Assembly: GCF_001949145.1 (NCBI RefSeq)
Contig: NW_019091402.1
Span: 1,364,001 to 1,426,000, forward strand
Source of the DNA: Acanthaster planci
Taxonomy: Eukaryota
Length of the DNA stretch: 62,000 bases
Direction: 5' to 3'
Position numbers and translations under genes: made by a program. The notes beneath the pieces were generated by a model. That model searched no databases. It saw only the letters and a list, made by a program, of their open reading frames with translations, and was not told the origin of the DNA. The first letter of the stretch is position 1, and each line of letters starts with the position of its first letter. Positions 1 to 11,259 of the stretch are shown one piece after another.

Positions 1-15
1 GTACTTGTGAACTTG

Positions 16-35
16 TTCCTTGACGTTAGATGTAG
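16..35 (+). other. U12 (minor spliceosome)-type branch site and 3' splice site
   Basis: TTCCTTGAC at 16-24 (U12 consensus TCCTTRAC), branch A about 12 nt before the AG at 34-35, no polypyrimidine tract. Confidence 0.7.
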
Positions 36-101
36 GGAGTACAACCAAGGTGCTGACCGGTGCTGGCGATAACAGCAGTAGACTGTGGGACTGTGAAACA
101 G
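36..101 (+). CDS. EIF3I: EIF3I exon ([23 protein letters not shown])
   Basis: tgtag|GG...ACAG|gtgagg; 66 nt. Confidence 0.92.
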
Positions 102-3100
102 GTGAGGCTCAAATCAGTCGGGCAGCAAATCAACACCTTCCATCTGAGAGGGGAATCAGGTTCTTTCCCCGCCTAGTCGCGTTCCACCTCTGTGGTCCGG
201 GTTCGATTCCCGGCTTGGTCCACGTCTGGATTAGGTTTTCAATTCCCTGCTTGATTTGGTTGGTTTCACCTGGAACGTTCTTCTGGGGTTTTCCTCCCAA
301 CACTAAAACTGTAACTTCTTCTCACTGCCTCCCCTCTACAGGTTTCTTCAGGCTTCCGAGCCAACAGCGCCTAGGGCGCTTTTGAAGAATCCTCGGTTTC
401 ATTACCAGAAATATCACATGAACCGGGCAGTTGAAACCAATCCACGTTTTGCCCCGAATGGGATTCGAACCTAGGCAACTGAAGAGCAAGATAACAGAAA
501 CTCACATGTGTAACCTGTCGTGCTCGGTAGAGTCGTAAAACGGCTGTCGATTTTTGAATTGTCCCCACAGGGAAATGCATTAACATATTCCACACACAGT
601 CTGCGGTGAGGACGTGCGGTTTCACATACAGCGGAAACACGCTGTTCTTCTCCACCGACAAGGCCATGGGCCACATGTGCCAGATATTCATGTACGACGT
701 GCGTGACCACCAACAAATGAGTAAGTTCATAACTGGTGGGATTATAATACAAGAAATATTAAAGTTGTTAACCATTTCCTATGCTAAATATTTCATGAAC
801 CATTCATTTTGTGAATTGGCCCAGGTGCAGGATTATTTGCTCTGAAATTTACTAAACTGAGGTTTAAAGTTAGCACAGAGTCGGTTAACGTTCAGGTTCA
901 CTGACTTGAAAGTAAGGTCCCATACAACAATACTCCAGTCTGTGAATTCTGGTGTTAAACGTTTGTCCGTTCCGTGTTTTGACTCGACAGAAGACAACGA
1001 GCCGTACATGAAGATTCCTGTCTCCATGCCCAAGGTGACCAGCGCTATCGCCAGCAGACTGGATAAATACATCCTGACCGGTCATGATGACGGAACACTG
1101 ATCAAGTGGGAAATGGAGGTGTGTATCTGCCCTTGTGCAGTTGCTACAGAGGGCGCTATTTACCAGTTACGGAACATGACGATTCTAATCACAGCGCCTA
1201 AAGCTGAACGTTACTACTTTTGTATTTGATTTGGAGAACTTGAAGTATATATATTTGTTTGACTAGTGTGACCATTGACAAATGCCAAGTGTGCCACATG
1301 TCTTTGTAAACCTACTTGTGTATTTCATAGTTAATCATTGGTCAGCCATATTGAAATTGAAAGTGAAGTATACCCTTCATTTTTGGAACTTGAGAGTAAA
1401 AATGAAAGCCATAAAATGTCAAATTAGCACTTGTTTACTGTGATGAACAATTTCAAATTTGTGCTTAAACTTAAACATGTTTTTAAGCCAGATTTTGAAA
1501 AACATTGAAAGGGACAGTTGGAATGCAGGCCACATTATAAAATAGCCTGGAGCCATCCTAATCGGCGGTACAAAACTGATGAAAGAGATTTAGGGAACAA
1601 GATTGAAAAAGGCCACCTTGTCCACACAGTGCGGGTAGTGACGAACTTTTGTGGACTTGCCCATGTCCACACAAGTGTTCCCCCTCTGAAAAGTATGCGT
1701 AGCGGCATTTTGGGATCAGGATGATTTATCACAAAATGAAAAGGAGCAGTTTAAGGAAATCCTCAGTAATCTAGCTCTCAAGTGTTCGCAGTTCAAGAAA
1801 CAAATATTTCCATCGAGTTTTCTGAACTACGCAAAAAAAAAGGAAAATCCACACTGGCTGTGCAACCCTAACGTGTGAGTTGGTGTATGGCTGCTCTGAT
1901 TGGGCCAGCCTTGTGACCTAGGCAACACTACATTTTGAATGTCATTACAGACTTTTCGTTAATTTCTGAAACGTTTTTAGACCGGAGAGAAGATTCACAG
2001 TGTGCAGGAGCATAGCCGTCTAATCAACGATATCCAGCCATCTAAGAATGGTATGATGGTGATCACAGCCTCCAAAGACAACACAGCAAAAGTGAGAAGA
2101 TGTTAAGACTATTTTTTTTCTTTCGTGAGATGTGACGTTACACTAACTCATTTGCATGTGTCCCGCATAACAAAACTTTAGACCAGTTTTGTCCCTGAAA
2201 TTTTTTTGTTTGCAGAAAAAAGAGTAAACCAGGCTCTTTGCTTTGATGTATGACTCGGCTTGGACAGAATGGACATTATGAGAGTGAAATATGTCGAGGA
2301 TTTGATTTTACATAATTTTTACAAGATTCTCTTTGATGTCATTCAACTCAACAGGGTCTGGTGACTTATAACTGGAAGCTGAAACTCCCTCCTGTTTTTA
2401 TAAGGCACCAGACCAAATCTATCAAAATCCAACACTCCCTGTGCAATCCACAGGTGATGGTCTTTGTTGATGGATTCATTACATGTGGCTAAATGCGTTG
2501 TCACTGTTGCCATGACAACATGCACCAAATAACCCAGCCGTGAATCAGGCCTCCGGGACTATAAGTCCATCATAATCCGTCAACATTTGGTCACCTCAGG
2601 CCATTTGGATCAAGTCCCTCAAAATTTCCCCCAAAGGGGAATGGATTTGGGATGGTTTGTGTTAATATATTGTCAGGTTGAGTCACTTGCTAGGTAACAG
2701 TTTTGCTATGTACATGTATACAAAAACATAATAATGTGATTGTAAGAATAATTAACTTACCAAAGCCGTGCAACGCGACTGTGAAACTATATTTTATTGA
2801 TTTGAAGACTTACCTCCCTGAAGTGTTTATTTTAATACGCTATTTTTCTACTCTGTAATGGCAAGTAAAGTTGTATGTCCATGTTTGTTCCCAAGCTGTT
2901 CGATGCAGACACGCTGGAGCTCCTAAAGATTTACAAGACAGAAAGACCAGTCAACTCGGCGTCGATATCGCCCAACAAAGACCACGTGAGTCATTGATAC
3001 AACCCATCTGATGGATGATGTGTGGACTTGGGTCCATGACATGCGATGCAATTACATGCACTGTACTTAAAAGTCTACGAAAATCCACCTTTCTTTTTTA

Positions 3101-4255
3101 TTTTGAAATTTCTGTTTGCATTTGAAAGGATAGTTTTGGTTTTTTATGCTTATGCAAATTTCAATATTCGTCAGCAAAACTGTGATGTCATGCCAGGGAG
3201 CAAATCTTCAGTGTTGCATTGATTTGTGCACAAAACACTGCTGGCCATTTTGTGGTATTTTGCTGCTGGGCATTCCCTTTTTCTGACGATTCAGGTTTGG
3301 TTGAGTACAGGGCCATATTGACAAGCAAACCCTTAGGAATATTTTCAATGAGCAAATTTGGGGTTCTTAATTGGAACGGAAAAACCTATAAACTAAGCAT
3401 TGTCTTCCGTGATCCACAACAATGCTCTGTTTTCTTGAAACAGCACAGACTATTTGAAATATTTGACGGACTTGCACAAATATGGCTTCTACCAAACCTT
3501 TGTAACCTGTGCCGTTAACCAATCCTTGGCACCCATATTTTTTGGGTAACAAGCTGTCAGAAAGGATTGATTTTTTGCGAGTTGACAGTTGGAATGAACC
3601 AGAAGAGTAACATGAACGCGGCTGTGTTTGGGTGTGACAGGTTGTTCTCGGCGGAGGTCAGGAAGCCATGGACGTCACCACGACCTCGTCCCGAATCGGC
3701 AAGTTTGATGCGCGCTTCTTCCACCTTATCTTTGAGGAGGAGTTCGGCAGGGTCAAAGGTCACTTTGGACCAATCAACAGCCTGGCCTTTTCCCCCGACG
3801 GAATGGGGTGAGTTCTTGAAAGGAAACAGTTTCATTGATTAAAGCATTAACTTTGTCTTGAGAGGTCAGCAATTACTTTAGAATTTCCTACAGATCTATG
3901 CATCTTTCTTTTCATCAAGTTGATTTCATTGTCACGTTAGAGTTTGTAGAACCAAAATATTAAGAGAGAACCCAGAGGCTTATAAACCTCAAGCTGTAAA
4001 AAAATAATTCCTCCAATTCAGAATGATTTGAAGTTAAATTGAATTTAAAAAAAAAAAAAAATTTCTTCAAGTGAGAAAACACCTGTCGTCTTCACAGTTC
4101 TTGCAAGGTCGAAGCTATGCATTTGCAGAAATTGAAAATTGAAATATGATTATTTCTGGTCTTTGGCTTACAGGTACAGCAGCGGAGGGGAAGACGGCTA
4201 CGTTAGAATACACACCTTTGACCCGCAGTTCCACGACTTTGAATTTGAATATTGA
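36..4255 (+). CDS. EIF3I: Eukaryotic translation initiation factor 3 subunit I (WD40), 5'-partial; 7 exons: 36-101, 571-720, 991-1118, 1981-2091, 2896-2985, 3641-3807, 4174-4255
   Basis: Spliced translation ...[23 protein letters not shown]...SAVRTCGF...EPYMKIP...[13 protein letters not shown]...[97 protein letters not shown] matches eIF3i. All internal junctions are GT-AG with compatible phases. N-terminal exons lie left of the window. Confidence 0.97.
170..390 (+). mobile_element. tRNA-derived SINE copy in EIF3I intron
   Basis: B-box GGTTCGATTCC 200-210, then body motifs (TGGAAC...GGGTTTTCCTCCC) shared with the copy at ~36560-36790; boundaries approximate. Confidence 0.6.
571..720 (+). CDS. 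EIF3I: EIF3I exon ([17 protein letters not shown]...DHQQM)
   Basis: ccacag|GG...ATGA|gtaagt; 150 nt. Confidence 0.95.
991..1118 (+). CDS. EIF3I: EIF3I exon (DNEPYMKIP...[13 protein letters not shown])
   Basis: cgacag|AA...GAG|gtgtgt; 128 nt. Confidence 0.94.
1981..2091 (+). CDS. EIF3I: EIF3I exon ([19 protein letters not shown]...ASKDNTAK)
   Basis: ttttag|ACC...AAA|gtgaga; 111 nt. Confidence 0.95.
2896..2985 (+). CDS. EIF3I: EIF3I exon ([30 protein letters not shown])
   Basis: cccaag|CTG...CAC|gtgagt; 90 nt. Confidence 0.95.
3641..3807 (+). CDS. EIF3I: EIF3I exon ([12 protein letters not shown]...[16 protein letters not shown])
   Basis: tgacag|GTT...GG|gtgagt; 167 nt. Confidence 0.96.
4174..4255 (+). 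CDS. EIF3I: EIF3I last coding exon ([26 protein letters not shown])
   Basis: ttacag|G...TGA 4253-4255. Confidence 0.96.
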
Positions 4256-4795
4256 ACGTGAGGTCATTGGAAAATCTTGAATGTCAATTTATCGTACAGT
4301 CTAGTCTTGTCCTACTCCATTGTTGGGAGTAAACATTTCACGTTGCCAAGACTTGTTTTTCTGTTTGTGATATTTGGTTTCGCTTCTTTTCCTCTGAGCG
4401 TTTTCTCAAAGCGACCAGTGTTAGACAGCCTGCGCATGCACAGTGTATTAATTTTCATCCCATTTTGGCCATCTGACGGATTTCTGTGTGGATGGGCGGG
4501 GGAGGGGGCTATCTGATTGGAAGTAATTTTCAAGATAGTCGAGAATGTTCAATTGAAGAAAAGTGAATTTCAGCACTCCGTGTACAGCACATTTCAAAGG
4601 GAGAAAAGTCCTTGGGATTTAAATATTTGCCCTCTCTACAGGCATATTTGGCATTGCACTGGTTAACCAGGGAAAAGTAGCCACGCTGCTTATAAGGGCC
4701 GAGTATTTTTGAGGAAGTTATGCATGTACATGTATTTATGAGAAAGTTATGCATGTACACGTATTTATGAAGATTGTTTCATTGCGGTGTGTATG

Positions 4796-4801
4796 AATAA
4801 A
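4796..4801 (+). terminator. Likely EIF3I polyadenylation signal
   Basis: AATAAA ~540 nt after the stop, followed by a T/GT-rich tract. Confidence 0.6.
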
Positions 4802-4845
4802 GAGACATTTTTGTGTAAAACGTTTCATTCCTTTGAAGTCGCAAA

Positions 4846-4851
4846 TTTATT
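4846..4851 (-). terminator. Likely ARMC1 polyadenylation signal
   Basis: TTTATT on + (AATAAA on -); the first canonical minus-strand signal I found after the ARMC1 stop at 6018. Confidence 0.5.
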
Positions 4852-5032
4852 AAAATTATGCATTGATTAACATTGTGTGTATTTACAATTTCAAACTCGG
4901 GGGGGGGGAACTTGTGTGAAAATTAACATATACATGTACAGGGGATACTTGGATTTCTTACATGTGTGATCAATAACCAAAAATGTTAAAAATACAAACT
5001 GTTAAAAAGCTAAACCTAAACCGGTGTGCGGC

Positions 5033-5160
5033 AATATAGGCTTTGCCTGGTAGCCATCTTGCAGGGCAGTTCTTTTGTTCCACAGGGAAACCTCTTTTGT
5101 GCATACCTTGTAGAACAAAAGCACTGACCTGTAAGGTGTCAGCTATGCAAACCCTCTATT
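5033..5160. mobile_element. ~125-bp foldback MITE, family A, copy 1
   Basis: Arms ATAGGCTTTGCCTGGTAGCCATCTTGCAGG..CTTTTGTTCCACAGG / ..TAGAACAAAAG..CTATGCAAACCCTCTAT; related copies at 13539, 16830 and 42223, half copy at 11385. Confidence 0.8.
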
Positions 5161-5202
5161 GCCAAGGCACATGTAAATTGTAGGTGCCAATCCTCAGGTA
5201 CT

Positions 5203-5439
5203 GGGGCCAATTTCATAGAACTGCTCAAGCACAAACTTTGCTTAAGCGCGGAAAACCTTGCTCAATAAATCAGGTAACCAGCCAAAACTCCATGTTATGT
5301 ATAATGTTTTGGGATTGTATTTAGCTATTTTTTGGTTAGCATGAAAATAGAGTTTTAGCTGGTAACCCTTGTTTAGTATGTAAAGTTTTTTCCCGCTTAA
5401 GCAGATTTTGTGCTTAAGCAGCTCTATGAAATTGGCCCC
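5203..5439. mobile_element. ~237-bp foldback MITE with long terminal inverted repeats
   Basis: GGGGCCAATTTCATAGAACTGCTCAAGCACAAA... / ...TTTGTGCTTAAGCAGCTCTATGAAATTGGCCCC; imperfect pairing extends ~90 bp per arm. Confidence 0.8.
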
Positions 5440-6017
5440 AAATTACTACAGGTGCAATTTAAGACTCCCAGAAATGGGAGGGCTGGGCCCGCTGCTTCCC
5501 AAAATACCGCACACTAGACAGCTTGCCTGAATGATGGCTTACAGAATGTAGACAGAACTGCACTGTGAATCGAAAGGTAGTCACGCTGCTACAACATCTT
5601 TTCGCAAAGGGTCTCTTTGTGCAAAGGTTCATTAGTTGTTCAGATATGTAGCAAACAAGCCTCCCTAAATTTTTTTCAATACAAACCCAAAATCATTTTC
5701 TATCACACTGTACTTCCCTCCATTACTGTGTGTACTTTAACACGTTCCAAGGAAAATGGCCATAATTATTAAAAAACAAAAGAATTAGTTTTCAAAATAT
5801 GTAAAATGTTACATCAAAGGAACAAATTCACTTGCGTTCCATTTACACCTGTGCTGAATCACAGATGCTTTGCTCGTGTGCTGCACAATGCACTGCAGCC
5901 TCACTTCTTCGGCCACAGTTGGAACCGCGGGATAAACTTCCAACGTAACAGATGTTGACTCCATACGATTCTACTCATTTACAAACATGTACAAGATTTT
6001 AAACGAGCGCCCAGCGA

Positions 6018-6215
6018 TCACCAGTAGAAGCTGGTTGAGATGAACGACGCGGCCGTGCTCAGCCAGCTGGTCTTTGGCTGCTGCTCCGCTTTGCCTTGTC
6101 GCACCACGGCCTTGTCCAGTCCCCTGACTGGACTGTCGTCTTCGGGGAGGTAGTCTGGCCGGGAGGCATTCTCCTTATCGGCGGTGGCTGGGTCAGCGCC
6201 GAAGGATAGCAACAC
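6018..6215 (-). CDS. ARMC1: ARMC1 last coding exon (VLLSFG...SWLSTAASFISTSFYW*)
   Basis: tctcag|GTG...TGG TGA; 198 nt. Confidence 0.95.
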   Translation of the reverse strand: MLLSFGADPATADKENASRPDYLPEDDSPVRGLDKAVVRQGKAEQQPKTSWLSTAASFISTSFYW

Positions 6216-9190
6216 CTGAGAGTAAATGATAATGGTATAGCGGTTCAGATCATAGGTGAACCCCAGTCCAAGCAGGAAATGCAGATGATACTGCGGAGTT
6301 GCAATCAAGTCTTCACTGATTGTTGAATGACGATAAGTGAAAATCTTCCAGCCGTAAGTTAATTTATTAGATAAATCCTGGTAAAGACGTCGCATTCCAA
6401 TCCCACGGATTTGTTGATTACCTGTTTTACTCTTGGTCCGACTTCAGTGGGATTTGATTTGTGATTGACTAGACTCTATTTCAGGATTGTCTGATGAATT
6501 CACCAGAGCTGGTGAAGGAAAAAGTATGCATGGAAGTATGGTGAAGAGTGCAAATTTTCGGCAGAATGTGCACAAAACCAGGATAAATCTCAGCATGAGG
6601 CCAATGATGTGGAGCATCACTGCACAGTGGCAAAGCATCTCAAATGTCCTTCAGTAATGTTAATACTTGGCAGTTTACTGCTTTAACGGTTCTAACCCTT
6701 CAAAGCTTGCCAACTTCAAACATGTCCTCGCCTACTACAGCATAATGTGCTGTCTTATGCGAGTGCTGTGCTTACTCACCTCTTCTCCAAACTCATTCTT
6801 GAGGACTTGCTTGGCAGACATCGTCTCTGTCCGTGCAACCGCTGCTATAAGAAGCTGTGGGAAAACGGACATTCAATCATGTTTTAATAATTTGTGAGTT
6901 CATTAGGATGACTCTCAAAACAATACGTAAGACAAATATAAAATATATCTGCATATATTCATTTACTTATGTCATTTAAATTCATAATGTTGGAAGACCA
7001 TCAACTAAAATTTCTCGTCAGAAAATTTTATCGTTGTCAGACACTTGGACGCTTCTTAGAGGCAAATCTTTATCTTGGCACATTGTTTGGTAAAAAACAA
7101 AATCACACACAAAACAACTTTGCATGTTCGAATGTAATTCTCGTATCAAGGTTGGTGGGACATATTACCTAGCTATAACCCGAACCTAACGAGGAGAAAA
7201 AAACAACTTTGAGAACAGAATTTGAAATGCATAGGATTTCAGATTACAGTAGGCCTACTTTGTTACAATAGTGTTTTTAAGTGTTGGCTCTAACTCTTCC
7301 CAACGCTTGTCATTTCAATCTTTACCTCTGGTTTGAGTTCAGCCTTTGTTCTTAAAATACATCTCTTTCTGAAGAGGTCAAAGGTAAAACTGATCACCCC
7401 TTTGACTTTGAGAAGTTCGTCCTCACAGGCCTTCCTCTGTTCCTGTTGAAACAAACAGAATTAAAGGTCACTTTAAGTCTGGTCTGAGACATGGTTGCAT
7501 GAAGTTTGCTGCAAGATGGTAACGATTAGCCTATTTGAGATATGGCGTACACAATAGGGGGCGCTATTTGGTTTGGGTAAATTCTTTTGTGTTTAATCCG
7601 AATGTACCACAGACTAGTTCTGTGTACATATAAATGCACAGACTGTTAGATTGCATCCAAAACTACATGAACATTTTGTGATCTGCGCATTCCAGAGATG
7701 GTGGTTGCTATGCAAAAGCTTGCCCCGAATCACAAGGTATAGCAACAGTGCCTTTAGTCTAGGGAATTCAAATTGTTTTGTTAATGTGCAATCAGATAAC
7801 TCAGTGTACCAGATTTTATTCAAATTTAACTCGCAAATGGCTTATCCCGTTAAGGTCTCACCTGATCATTTAGTCCGTTCAACTGCAGCGTGACAACTTT
7901 CCCCTTCCTGTTGGTCGAGCCTAGGAAGAAGGCCTTGTTTTCCTTGCACTTGGGCACTGGTCTGTGCTGGGTCGTGTTCTGGGTTTCCTTCAGGGGACTG
8001 GGGCTGGGTGGGGTCGTTAATCTGTCATGGATGTCTCTTGCTAAATTCTGTGCTCTCAAACTGTACTTTGATCTAAGCACAGAAAAAAAACCCACAATAT
8101 TTTAACTTTTTAAGATACATTTTTAATTTGTGAACATGTTTGAGTCAATCTTGAAGAAAATGATTGACAACTTGCAAAGAAAGAAAAAAATAACAGAAAG
8201 TACAAATCTGTGATTACGTTGGGAGACATTTTGACTTACTTGTCCATGATATCCTGAAGGCTTATGAGCATGCCCAGTTCCTTCTTCATGATTGGACAGT
8301 TGCTGGGGCAATCAGCCAATAGCTGTAGAGTCTGTAATCAAGAACAAAGAAACATTCTTGAAATTTTGAAGTATTTCCTGACTTACTAAGGCAATGAAAG
8401 TGTCTAAAAGAGTTACAAACAAGAAGAAATTGATGACCACTTGACTTAAGTGANNNNNNNNNNNNNNNNNNNNNNNNNNNNNNNNNNNNNNNNNNNNNNN
8501 NNNNNNNNNNNNNNNNNNNNNNNNNNNNNNNNNNNNNNNNNNNNNNNNNNNNNNNNNNNNNNNNNNNNNNNNNNNNNNNNNNNNNNNNNNNNNNNNNNNN
8601 NNNNNNNNNNNNNNNNNNNNNNNNNNNNNNNNNNNNNNNNNNNNNNNNNNNNNNNNNNNNNNNNNNNNNNNNNNNNNNNNNNNNNNNNNNNNNNNNNNNN
8701 NNNNNNNNNNNNNNNNNNNNNNNNNNNNNNNNNNNNNNNNNNNNNNNNNNNNNNNNNNNNNNNNNNNNNNNNNNNNNNNNNNNNNNNNNNNNNNNNNNNN
8801 NNNNNNNTGGAATTCTTTCTGATATATCCTAGAGAAGATTTTGACGGAAGATTTTGACAAGGATCAACGAACCTCCAAAGCTGCAACCACAACGTCGATG
8901 TTATCATTGTCTAAAAAAAGAACCAGTCCTGGCAGACATCCTTGATCCTGCACAATGTAATAAATAACTGAACTGGTTAGCAAAATCGAACAAAGTTAAA
9001 TTCTATCAGATCAACTACATGTAGAATAGAAATAATCATTAAAGATTAACATATATTTCTCTTAAAATGAAAAAACATGGAAACTCACTGAGAAGCAAAG
9101 TGAATATAAACTGACCTTTACGATGGCGTCTCTGTTCTTTGGATCGGACGCCAATTCACGAAGTTGCTTCACTACGGCGCACACATCCAT
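6018..9190 (-). CDS. ARMC1: Armadillo repeat-containing protein 1, complete, 280 aa; exons 9116-9190, 8873-8947, 8240-8331, 7862-8072, 7326-7442, 6780-6854, 6018-6215
   Basis: Spliced translation MDVCAVVKQLRELASDPKNRDAIVKDQGCLPGLVLFLD...KELGMLISLQ...AFFLGSTNRKGKVVTL...LLKVKGVISFTFD...PDYLPEDDSP...DKAV...SWLSTAASFISTSFYW* matches ARMC1. Total 843 nt, in frame, all GT-AG. Confidence 0.96.
6780..6854 (-). CDS. ARMC1: ARMC1 exon (LLIAAVARTETMSAKQVLKNEFGEE)
   Basis: ccacag|CTT...GAG|gtgagt; 75 nt. Confidence 0.94.
7326..7442 (-). CDS. ARMC1: ARMC1 exon (EQRKACEDELLKVKGVISFTFD...LKPE)
   Basis: caacag|GAA...GAG|gtaaag; 117 nt. Confidence 0.94.
7862..8072 (-). CDS. ARMC1: ARMC1 exon (SKYSLRAQNLARDIHD...FFLGSTNRKGKVVTLQLNGLNDQ)
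   Basis: cttag|A...CAG|gtgaga; 211 nt. Confidence 0.93.
8240..8331 (-). CDS. ARMC1: ARMC1 exon (TLQLLADCPSNCPIMKKELGMLISLQDIMDK)
   Basis: ttacag|ACT...AA|gtaagt; 92 nt. Confidence 0.93.
8454..8807. other. Assembly gap (N run) inside an ARMC1 intron
   Basis: 354 N; the flanking exons join in frame. Confidence 0.99.
8873..8947 (-). CDS. ARMC1: ARMC1 exon (DQGCLPGLVLFLDNDNIDVVVAALE)
   Basis: tgcag|GAT...GAG|gttcgt; 75 nt. Confidence 0.93.
9116..9190 (-). CDS. ARMC1: ARMC1 first coding exon (MDVCAVVKQLRELASDPKNRDAIVK)
   Basis: aaaATG at 9190, donor gtcagt; 75 nt coding. Confidence 0.93.
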
Positions 9191-9849
9191 TTTGTTTTTC
9201 GTAATGGTAATAGATGCAAATAATGCAGAGCAGATTTCTGAACAGATCGATCACTTTTGAATTTTTGAGTCGATGAGAATGTACACGTTGTATTGCAGTG
9301 CTGCTGTTGTCAGTGCCTGTGGAGAAATACCCTAAACGTCAACCTGACCATTTGGTAACAAACAATGTCGCCTCACCCCCCCAAAAAAAAGACTGAAAAA
9401 GAAAATCTAGGGCCCACAGCCAAAGTCCAAAGACAAAAAGAGCATAGGCCTACTAGTGCACAAAGCTGACTCAAACAGCGTAAACAAATTGAAGCAGACA
9501 TTCTCAGACAACGAAATGTACTACTAGGTAGGCCGACCTAATAAACCAAACGCCACTCTCTGGGTAAAAAAGCCCCTCCCTCAAGGTGGAAATGAAATGT
9601 CGCCCTCTACTAAAATCGAACGACGAGCCACCAACACTGATCTCTAGCAGTGGCCACCAACCATTAATAACGCAAGACTGCTGCCAACACGTTTTCGACT
9701 TTAATTTCACGAATAATTTGAAGCCCAATAACCTGCTCAAACACATCCCTCTTACAAGTGTCTTCAAACGTTACCACTGTTTCTACATTTTCGAGAAAAC
9801 TCACGGATAAATTGTAGATTTTGGCCTCAGGAAAAGCACACTCAGGATA

Positions 9850-10097
9850 ACACGCCAATCGCACACTCCGTCCGCACAAGTCACTTTCTGTCGAGTCGGC
9901 CTGGCAGGGTTTTAAAAATGGCTACCGTGTACGACGAGGAACGCTGATTGGCTGACGGATATCTCTGTCATATTTGATTGGTTCGCCGGCTTTCCGCACC
10001 GTCCCCAATTTGCATAAAACAGCACAAGTCAACGGAAGAGATCGAATTTAAGTGCTGCGAGTTAGTGAAGTTTTTCTGAATTTTCCCTTTGAAAAAG
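9850..10097. promoter_or_regulatory. Bidirectional promoter shared by ARMC1 (-) and MTFR (+)
   Basis: CpG-rich; CCAAT 9855, YY1-like AAAATGGC 9915-9922, ATTGG 9947 and 9977, CCAAT 10005, octamer ATTTGCAT 10008-10015; outward-facing splice donors at 9804 (- strand gtgagt) and 10098 (+ strand gtaaac) fit two non-coding first exons. Confidence 0.7.
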
Positions 10098-11259
10098 GTA
10101 AACGATTTCTTCAATGATTGTAACAATTATTTAGAATGCATTTGTGCATTGATATGCTAGCTTTCTGTGGTACTTTGGTTCTTGTTCGCCAAGAACATTT
10201 TAAATCATCGTTACTTTGTTTTGTTCATCTTCAACGCTTCAACATCAAGTCCAGTGCATGGCGGCGACGCGGCAAGTCGGGGGGGGGGGGATTAGAATCG
10301 GGGGTCCAGCTGTACCATGGTTTAGAAAAAAGAGTTCTATATACTGACGCCACTTGACACCCTGTTCACAAACCCTTTGGGACTGGTCTGAAAAATTCTA
10401 AGACGAGGCCTAACAATAGTAACATGCCTAAGGGTAATTTTCTAAAACGACTTCGGACCTTTTTTCCCCCCCTCCTGACTGCCTGAGTCCTAGTCCTAAA
10501 TAGACCTTTTCCGGACATGTTAATGCTCTCTGACGGCTAGTACCAGTAGTCACTGTAGAGAATAATATTGGTGTCCGTAGGCCCTACATGTTATGGAACT
10601 CTTTCCCATGGTTGTGCCTAGGCCATGTTGGCGGATATGATAAATGTTACAGGCCTACCACTGCCTACTGCCTGTATGTGGAGGGTGTTTTTTGCTGGGC
10701 CTGTCATGCCAGTAATTTGTAAAGAATACAGTAGGCCTATGGGAAATGGAACCTAGGCCTATTAAAGCCTAAAGCTATAAATACTACGTGTACTGAGGCT
10801 CTACCCCCCAGAACTGTGGAGTCCAACGTCCGCCCGGCCCCACAGTTCGGGGGGGGGGGGTTGGTTGCATAAAAAGGGAAAAATAGGCCCAGGCCTATCA
10901 ATCCCTGAGCAAAAATGGTGTGAGATTGGGGTTCCCCTGCCCCCATGAACTGTGGGTTCAACATCGGCCGTGGGAACACGCTGGATGTCGAACCCCACCT
11001 TCTTACAGCTCTGGGGGTTCCCCCTCACTCCTTATGGAATCGAGTTCATATTTTTCTTCTAAATGAATGACAAAATATAAATCATCTCCCTTCAAAACAT
11101 TTTTACCAATGTATGTGCATCACCAGCACTAAAGCAGTAAGGTTAAACTTCATTTAGTCTCACCTCACAGTCATGATTAACATTGGCGCATCTGAAATGT
11201 TTAAATCCAGGATCACAAAGTAGAACATTCAACTGGGTAAACAGCAGAATTTGAGGCCA

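Noticed and set aside
170..250. tRNA gene suggested by GGTTCGATTCC
   Set aside because: No complete cloverleaf is visible and it continues into a SINE-like body shared with 36560-36790.
20..385. 121-aa ORF as a complete gene
   Set aside because: Only 36-101 is EIF3I coding sequence; the rest reads into intron and SINE.
7326..7900. Metal-binding heavy-metal-associated domain in ARMC1
   Set aside because: The HMA-like segment lacks the CxxC motif, so metal binding cannot be claimed.
8454..8807. Missing ARMC1 exon hidden in the gap
   Set aside because: Flanking exons join in phase 0 and give continuous ARMC1-like sequence (VAALE-TLQLLA), so nothing is evidently missing.
8312..8907. Long ORFs in the ORF track
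   Set aside because: Artefacts of translating through the N gap.
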